NCBI GenBank assembly: GCA_052426225.1
Contig: JBNJNM010000011.1
Span: 4,402,001 to 4,466,000, forward strand
DNA from: Zancudomyces culisetae HAW-14-8
Lineage: Eukaryota; Fungi; Kickxellomycota
Reading direction: 5' to 3'
DNA length: 64,000 nt
Under the pieces are notes generated by a model. It made no database searches, had not been told where the DNA came from, and saw nothing but the letters and a program-made list of their open reading frames with translations. Below are positions 60,399 to 64,000 of the stretch, in pieces. Numbering within the stretch: the first letter of the stretch is position 1; each line of letters begins with the position of its first letter. Made by a program: the position numbers and the translations under genes.

Positions 60399-63300
60399 TT
60401 TTTTATATTTCTATTTGACTTCTCTTGTTTTTTTTTGTTCCGTTGCTTCGCTTTTTAGCTGCTTGGTTCGTGCTAAGGTTTGGGGACCTGTTTCGCTATT
60501 ATATAGGAATATTATTCTCGTTCAAAATCTTTTTGCGAAAAAAATTTCCCTCTGTCTCCAAGTTTTTACAACAAAGTCGTAGTACTCTGCTATTATTACT
60601 ACCTTTTTTTTTTTGTTCTTACTTGCCTTTTTTTTTTAGTAATCTTATCTGGAATAATAGTTTACCAATATTGTAAAAATACAAAAACACAAAATTACAT
60701 TTACTAAGCGCAAATTACTGAATAAAACTAAATAAACCCTTGATAAGTATTACAACACACTTCCTTATCCTTCTTACAAAAGAACTGAATAAATTGATTG
60801 ATAGGATCACCGCCTTCTATATGCTTTCTCTTTGATAGTTATTTTCTTTCGCTAGTCTAATTTCGTCTTTTACCAATCTTTTACCTCTCACCTCGTTTCC
60901 TACTGTTTGTTTTTATTTTTGTTGTTTTACATTCCACTCGCTATTTTTATCAATCTATTCTTATCCTTACGTTTTATACTCAACCCTAATTGTGTTCTAT
61001 TTCAAATTCATATTTATGCGTCTCACTTTGTATTTACGCTTGAATATTGAGCCAAATATATTTGAGTATTTCCTTATTCATTGGCTTTGTGTTTTCTTTG
61101 TTTGCTCGAAATTATTATTTACGCCCTTCGCTTAGCGCTATTCAATCCACATTTTCCAAAAAGTAAAAAAAAAATTGCCGTTGCTATAGTATTCGCCAGA
61201 TCTGCATTCTCCCCTCCACATCCCCCAAGCACCTCTTACCTCCCATTTTGCTTTTTATTTTATTTTTTTGCCTCAGCTCTAATTCTATCAAGCCATTTTT
61301 AGTGTCGTGTAGCATTAAAAAATCCACTTACCCATCAAAATAAATAAATATAGAAGATTCTATTAGGTAAAATTACATTGCGATTTTCTCATAAATCCCA
61401 ATTTATTCTCGCTTTGTTTGCTTATTTGTGGATGTTAATTTGATTTGATTTATTTTTTCTACAAACTTTGATTAAACCTGTTTGGTGTTTTAAAAGAAAT
61501 TCGCTTTTATTAGACTAAATAGCAGTCCTCTTGTATGATTTGTAGACAGATTTGCTCCTTACTTTTGCTGTTCAGTAATGCCCGTTTTTTTTTTTTTACT
61601 TTCTGTTTATTTGCTTGCCTCTCTTTTGTTTACCAAGTTACTCATTTCTAATAAACAAAGTAATAATGTCTTTATGCAAACCATAACTGTGTTTACGTCC
61701 CGATCCTAAAATCTGGAAACTGCTGTATTCAATAGATTCTTCCGCATCTGCTTTGTTTACCCAACTCACCAATCCTCAACACCCAGGCACTCAAGAGCAA
61801 CAAACTCTACTTGCTCTTTGTATATATACATGTATACAAACAACTAAAATACCATGCACCTCACCATAAATCCATATAGCAAAAATACATCCGTTCCCCT
61901 CACTCCCACATTGTTGGGCCTGGAGGTAGTGCTATGCAAACCAATATTAAAGAAAAGCAAAGCGAAGTGACAAGAGTTCCAAAATTATCTTCAATCAAAT
62001 TGCGTGATGTACCGCTAAGAAAAACATATCATTTTGCACCAATAGATATAATTAAACTGCTATATAAACGAACAATCGGTAAGACACATAGCTATATCAT
62101 ATTCGATGAGTTTTGCTGATACATGTTTGTCTTTTGTTTTCAGCAAGTGCTTGTGTATTTGTACGAATTCATTAGCCTCTTGTCGAAGTTCCTTTTTGCA
62201 GGACCAAAAGGTGGCTTTCCGGGTCTAGCTTTGCTTTTGATCATATTTGCTCACATGCATTTTATAACCTTCTTTACCCGCCTTAAACTTTTTTTTTTTA
62301 GTGTGATCGTGACCTGCTTGGGTTTTATTTGTGTTGTATCTTTTACCTCATTTGTTATTCATTTCCCAGGTGAGTATTGTTATATCCGGATATAAATGCG
62401 TATTAGCCTTCAAACGCAACAAGAAAATTTTGGGGGTGGGGGAGAGGTTGTTCGATGCTCGCAGTTGAGTAAATGAACATACCATGTGCTGTGCACTAAC
62501 AACAAAGGTTTAATCGTGAAATATGTGTTTTGTTTTTGCTGTGGATTTTTTGTCACCTGGTGCTTTTTCTAATCAAAAAAGGTTGTACATACTAGAATTT
62601 TGATCAAAAATACGCCACTTACACTCAATGACCTCCTTATCGGTTGTGGCAAATTTCCACAACAAGCTCGATTACGCCAGATCACCTAGTTTGTTAGTTT
62701 GCAGATTTTACACTGATTCTATGGAAAACTATCTAGTGTGATATCTAATGCCCCCTTACATATATGCATTTTTCATTTTTTTTGACTGTTTTTTGTTTAA
62801 AACTTTCATCCGCCACACTTGTATTAGCAATCATTTTTTAGCAAGTTTCATTAAAAACACAAATAAATTGAGTTTTTCATTTCTCACCATGCACTGTATA
62901 AGTACAGTTATGTTTGGCTTAATTAGGATATATGTACAGGTAAAGCTATCGCTCTGTAAGAATCTCACACATCCCTTTCATATAAGTTCCTAATTAGATG
63001 GATTGTTTGTTATTTATTATTTATTTTTTGTTTGTTACTTTTATTGCCTAATTACTATGATTTTACTTTACATAAATTTATTGAAATCAAATCCACACTA
63101 CACCAAAAATAAATATGTGTAGTTTACTTGATTTAATTATCTACGAAAATATTGCAATAAGGTATTCAGCCATCTTCATGATATGCGAGAGGTGAGGTGA
63201 AGGAGAGAAAGGGTATTCAAATGTAAAAGCGTTACGATTCATATAGTTGTTAATACATTTTATCCTTGATCTTTTTTCATATTTTATGGTTAAATGATGG

Positions 63301-64000
63301 GTATAAAATAGGCAAGCTGTTGTAAGCGATCCAATCCTGCTGAGATAGCAGCCTCACTAGGTATATCCATAGTAGCGATCTGCCAAACAAGTAGCGCACC
63401 ATATTTACAGGGTACCTATAAAATGGATAAAATTTAACAGTCCAACCTAGATTTTGCATATTTAGGCCAAGTTATGGTCATTGAAAAATGTGTGGAATTG
63501 GATATGCCTATTCGCTAATACGAATCTCGCTAAACTCAGTTTTTATTTTTTTGTCCAGTCAAGGTAATGTTGGCATTTTCTAAAAATAGATATGAAACCC
63601 AATTACACCAACACCACTCACTACGCCGGGAAATTTTGTAGTAGTATTTTCAATCCGAGTGAATCGCATTTTTTATAAATCGTTATTATGTAATCAGAAT
63701 ATCTCAAATATCATTCACATTACAGATTTTTCTAATACATTAAGCACAATTACCATCATATTACCTCTATCACCGTTCAAGGAAAAAAAATTTTTTTTTC
63801 TTTGGTTATAAGCACCAAAACAAATATCTTGTTTATGCGCAAAAACTATGTATTTGAATAATAGTGGATAATCAAGTGCATTTTTTTCGTTAAAAAAGAC
63901 TTTATTGACAACTAGCCCCGGATCACATAAATGCATCTGGTTGAGCTCTCTACTTGTATAAAATGAACTAATAACAAATGGGTTATTAGTACGCTGTTTC

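Noticed and set aside
1-64000. Selenoprotein (in-frame TGA plus SECIS) or tRNA-Sec, since some Harpellales use selenocysteine
   Set aside because: No gene has an in-frame TGA at a conserved Cys position. The TGA just upstream of the last SEC1 exon falls within an intron. No SECIS or tRNA-Sec is recognisable by eye.

Overview
AT-rich, gene-dense eukaryotic DNA with GT-AG introns and the standard genetic code, most consistent with an early-diverging fungus (Harpellales/Kickxellomycotina-like; taxon is an inference from protein divergence, composition and intron style). I can support 23 protein-coding genes. Several are split by introns and are missed or fragmented by the ORF track (PAM16, SBH1, UBC6, POP3, SEC1, RAD52, SSO1, ESS1, OPY1-like, MRPL44, an arrestin-fold gene). 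Most are housekeeping. The most unusual locus (6.4-12 kb) is a ~1,600-aa Crp1/Mdg1-like protein: an N-terminal CBM48 glycogen-binding module, four symmetric phase-1 exons, ~220 copies of a 12-bp E-P-V-V unit with 588-bp higher-order duplications, and a basic amphipathic C-terminus. Other points of interest: a very divergent PCI-like (Rpn5/Csn4) ORF overlapping glycogen synthase, physical linkage of SEC1 and its syntaxin partner SSO1, a membrane-anchored split-BAG candidate, a PTS1-bearing trans-sulfuration enzyme, A-rich 3' splice sites and ATG-only first exons. No rRNA, convincing tRNA, transposon or CRISPR was found. All identifications come from motif recognition by eye, without database searches.
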